From NCBI GenBank assembly GCA_020137815.1, contig CM035359.1:7502001-7566000 (forward strand): a stretch of 64,000 nt of DNA. Direction: 5' to 3'. The translations under genes were made by a program, and so were the position numbers. This document shows positions 60,473 through 64,000 of the stretch, piece by piece; position 1 is the stretch's first letter; each line of letters begins with the position of its first letter. The stretch comes from Hormiphora californensis. Lineage: Eukaryota; Animalia; Ctenophora. The notes under the pieces are model-generated. The model worked only from the letters and a program-made list of their open reading frames with translations. It did not search any database and was not told where the DNA came from.

Positions 60473-61588
60473 TACATTATATCATAGCACACAACCAGTC
60501 GTGGAATGTACAGAACACGCAGAAGGCCGCAACTATTTACTGCAAATTACAGTTCCTCTCTCTCTCTCCCCTCTTCCAGTATAATTGCACCACACAGGCT
60601 GCAGGGACTGTGTGTACGCATTGTACAACTCATAATGGGGGCGCTGTAGTCTGTAGTGCCCTCAAGCCCCCCTCAAGCTCTCCTCACGCCCACAATTCTT
60701 TTGTTAGGGAGATCTGAACTGTAGGTGAAACGAATGATTCAAATTTGGTAGTGTTGCTCTAGCATGGGTATCAAGAAGAATGTTGAGAAACGTTTGTGAA
60801 CTAAATTTGGAACTGCAATTAATGTATTGACAGAAAAATACGAGGAGGAAGAGTCATTATGCCAAGAAAAATTGGCAGCAAATAGATGAAGGCAACGTTA
60901 GAAAAGGGAAGATTGATAGAAAGATCATGTGTGAGGAAAGACAGAGGCATGTACAATTATTAGCTGGCATTGTTTACACGTATAACACACACCGAGCCAA
61001 AAGATATTTCTGGGCAGTCTGACAGTGTAGTACACCATTCATAGCAATCGGTTAGACTGACATTGGGAGAAGAAGCACTGCAAAGTAACTTACAATATGA
61101 ATCGCTGAGACTGATAGAGACAAAGCATGGATGCCATAACAGAATGGCATATTGGATTGTTATTGTCCATAGGTACATTGAGAAGTGTTGTACTACTCAA
61201 GGACGGAATTGGTTCCCTCACAATAGCACTGGGTGTGACCCATCCTATTGAATCCCAGCCCTATTATTATTGAAACTGGGGGTGTCCACTCACGTCTCAC
61301 GCTGCTCTTTAATAGCTCATCAACACTGAGCTGTCATTGATATGCTGTATCAGTATCCCAGTAGTATCATGACACAGTGATACAGTGATAACTGATACAA
61401 CAGTGCAGCTTGACGAGAATTGGATGATGAAAAGTGGCAATGTGCTCCTGTGTGTGTGTTAGGATGGCACGGAGTTTATAGTCGTTAGTGGCACGACACA
61501 TATTGCCACATAAAATCCGCATATTATACCGTGCTGTGTGTAGCAATTTGACCCAACTTCAAAGTAATTGGGGATCAAGGAAGACTTA

Positions 61589-61887
61589 AATAGTGAACAA
61601 TAATTAAGTTCAAGAATCAAGAGCGCACCACATCCAAGAGCGTACCACATCCAAGAGCGCACCATATCCAAGAGCTTAGAGCACACCTAGAAGAGACCAC
61701 TCCACGAGAGCTCCCCATCCAAAAGATACCGCTCTTGGAGTGGTCTCTTCTGGATGGCCCAGAGCATTAGCCTGACCCATTCAAATATGGATCGTGCGAG
61801 AACTGTGGTCAGAGCATTGGCCTGACAGACGCCCCTGGGATGGGGTGTGCTCTTGGACGCTCTTGAACTTTATTATGGTTCACTATT
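61589..61887. mobile_element. ~300-bp degenerate inverted-repeat element with 17-nt internal repeats
   Basis: AATAGTGAACAATAATTAAGTTCAAGA vs TCTTGAACTTTATTATGGTTCACTATT; (TCCAAGAGCGCACCACA)n inside. Confidence 0.55.
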
Positions 61888-62339
61888 GAACACTTTAGCT
61901 ATATAGGTCTGAATGTTGCTAAACAATTGAACAAACGTTCTAAAATAGAAATGCTTTAAACAGAAAAACCACATCCAACTTCGATGTGGTAAATGAGCTA
62001 CAGGCAGCTGGAAAAAGATCATCAAATACCTACAAATGCTTGCGAAATGATTCTAATCAATAGCAATATTGAATGAGCCCCCTGTCACACGAAGTATCAT
62101 GAAAACCAAGTTCATTCATTGAGGCCGGGGCGGTTAATTGACAAGCAAGCGGTGTACACTTTCAACTTCCAACTAACAAGATTTATAGTATAATAGTGGA
62201 GGAGTGGAACTTATCAATTAGCAGCGGTATATTCTTTGAACAATGTGGATTGTTATGGTTATTAGGCGATCCTTAACCATACTATCTCCGGGGCATGAAC
62301 ATCACGATCTTGTCATCAAAAGCAAACTAAATTGGTTAA

Positions 62340-63460
62340 ATGAACTATGAAAAAGATAAAAAAGGAAAAGGGAGAGAGAGAGAAGAGAGAGAAAAAGAGA
62401 GGGGAGAGAGAGAGAGAAGAAGAGGAGGAGAGAGGGGGGTGTTCTTTCCCCCCTCCCCTTTTTTTTGGGGGGGTTTTTCCCTTTTCTCCCTCCTTCCTTC
62501 TGCTTCTTTTCCCTCCTTTTTTCTTTTCGCTTTCTCCCCCCTTTTTTGTTCTTTTTTTCCTGCCCGGCTTTTCCCTTTAGAACTGGGGGAAAGTTTTACA
62601 TGAAAGACCCCTTTTTTCCCTATCCTAAATCCATATCCTGTAATTTTTAACAGCTTTTCCGCTTTTCCCTCCTTAACCCCTTAACCGCATTTTCCTTTTA
62701 CGTTTTAAAAAAAAGGGATTGTTTTTAAAACTGCGTAATTAAAACTGAAAATGTTTGGGGTTTTTTTTTATAAAAATAGTAAATGAAAAATTTTTGTGAT
62801 GCCAGACCGACCATTTTTTTAAAAAAGTTTGAAAATAAAGGGAAAAGTCTCCAAAACAAAATAAACGGAAAAAAAAGTCTATTCCTGCATGAAAAACTAA
62901 TGCCACACTCACGGACCGTAAATCTGCAGATACTTTGATATAAAAAAAAGCCAGCCAGCTTACAGAAATTGAAATCTGTACTGCCTGGATCAATAAATTG
63001 TAAAGTTTCCGTGGTTATCAGGAGCATTGGATATTTGAAGAACGAATCGAAAAGACTGAAATAAATGCGTTTGCCCACGTATGACGTGAACTCGTTGGGG
63101 GACGGGACGGTGGGGGGGGGGGGGGGGTCCATTCACACAACATTGACGCAGTCTCACCACAGCGATATGTTTTGTCCGGCCCCTCATTCTCCGAGGTCTG
63201 TTCTGTTCGCGGCGAGGAGGGTTGTTTGGATTGTTAGTCTGGGGATTTTGTGCTACTAGTAACGTGAAGTGGTTTTGTGCTTGGGGGCGGTGGGGGGGGA
63301 GTGGGGATCGTGAGGTATTTTGGATTTTTGTGGGGAGGGTATAGAGTGTGCGGAGGGTTGTGGGTGGTGGGGTCTGTTTTCGGGGGGGAGCAATTCCGGG
63401 GGAAGGCCCCTCCCCCCCTTCTCTCCATGACTTGACAAGAAGCTGTGTGATAAATCACAA
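62340..63460. other. Probable low-accuracy consensus region
   Basis: Pervasive homopolymer runs and degraded GA/CT repeats. Confidence 0.6.
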
Positions 63461-64000
63461 TCTCACAATTCCCCGTCCTCCTCTCCCACCAACCACTCAC
63501 TAGCAACCACTCTACTTCCGAATTTCACAAAACAAAGACCACTGCAGCTCGTAACACGATACATGGGAGACATTCCGAGAGAGGGAGAGAGAGGGGGGAT
63601 AAAGAAGGAGGCCTTCAGAGAGAGAGAGAGAGAGAGAGAAGGAGATAACAACTCCCATAACTAGGAAATATGAGAGATATTAAACAGTGAGGGAATATAA
63701 TATTTGAGGGGGTTCCTCAGCTCCTACTCGTGTAGGATAATCGTGTAGCATGATAGGTTTCTGACATGTGTCATCATCGCTTGGAGAGGGGGGTCGTGAC
63801 ATGTGATCTAGCACTTAGCTATGATCATATCGGCCGTCCAATGCTATACGGCTGTCAGAGCATTGGCCATATTCTCATTTCGGAGCGTGCGAGAACTGTG
63901 GTCAGAGCCATCATGTTACGATGAAAAAGGGTTTCTCCGTGCGAGACTGAAGTTTGAAGCTTAAAAACCGGTTTGAGCGGCTCTTTGCAAGTAAAGTGGA

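Noticed and set aside
62340-63651. ORFs and G/C-run structures near the right end
   Set aside because: Region looks like error-rich consensus; nothing reliable can be inferred.

Overview
Eukaryotic (animal-like) genomic DNA with short GT-AG introns, many CT/GA microsatellites and dense non-autonomous DNA transposons. The overall style suggests a non-bilaterian marine invertebrate such as a ctenophore, but this is low-confidence inference. Genes reconstructed by hand from splice sites: CTR9 (minus, runs off the left edge); an 11-exon OFA/MCT-type MFS transporter (plus, 8407-19084) carrying two single-exon, same-strand class-A-like GPCR paralogues in two different introns; a long coiled-coil/IQ-motif gene (minus, 20499-36457) that hosts a single-exon FLYWCH zinc-finger ORF and a FLYWCH-bearing foldback element; a small hypothetical gene; a Ly6/three-finger-like single-pass membrane protein; an SPPL2-like intramembrane protease homologue; and a calmodulin/myosin-light-chain-like EF-hand gene. 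Most notable: (1) the SPPL2-like protein has an intact frame but lacks both catalytic aspartates and the PAL motif (candidate GxGD pseudoprotease); (2) splice sites are repeatedly tandem-amplified, including about 27 copies of a 38-40 nt unit with branch point, pyrimidine tract and AG|GT, where only the last copy is productive; (3) a hairpin element sits between two perfect 58-bp copies spanning an acceptor, leaving the exon intact downstream; (4) the nested GPCR duplicates differ almost only in their extracellular halves. No tRNA, rRNA, CRISPR array or intact transposase was recognised. Three stretches look like noisy consensus.
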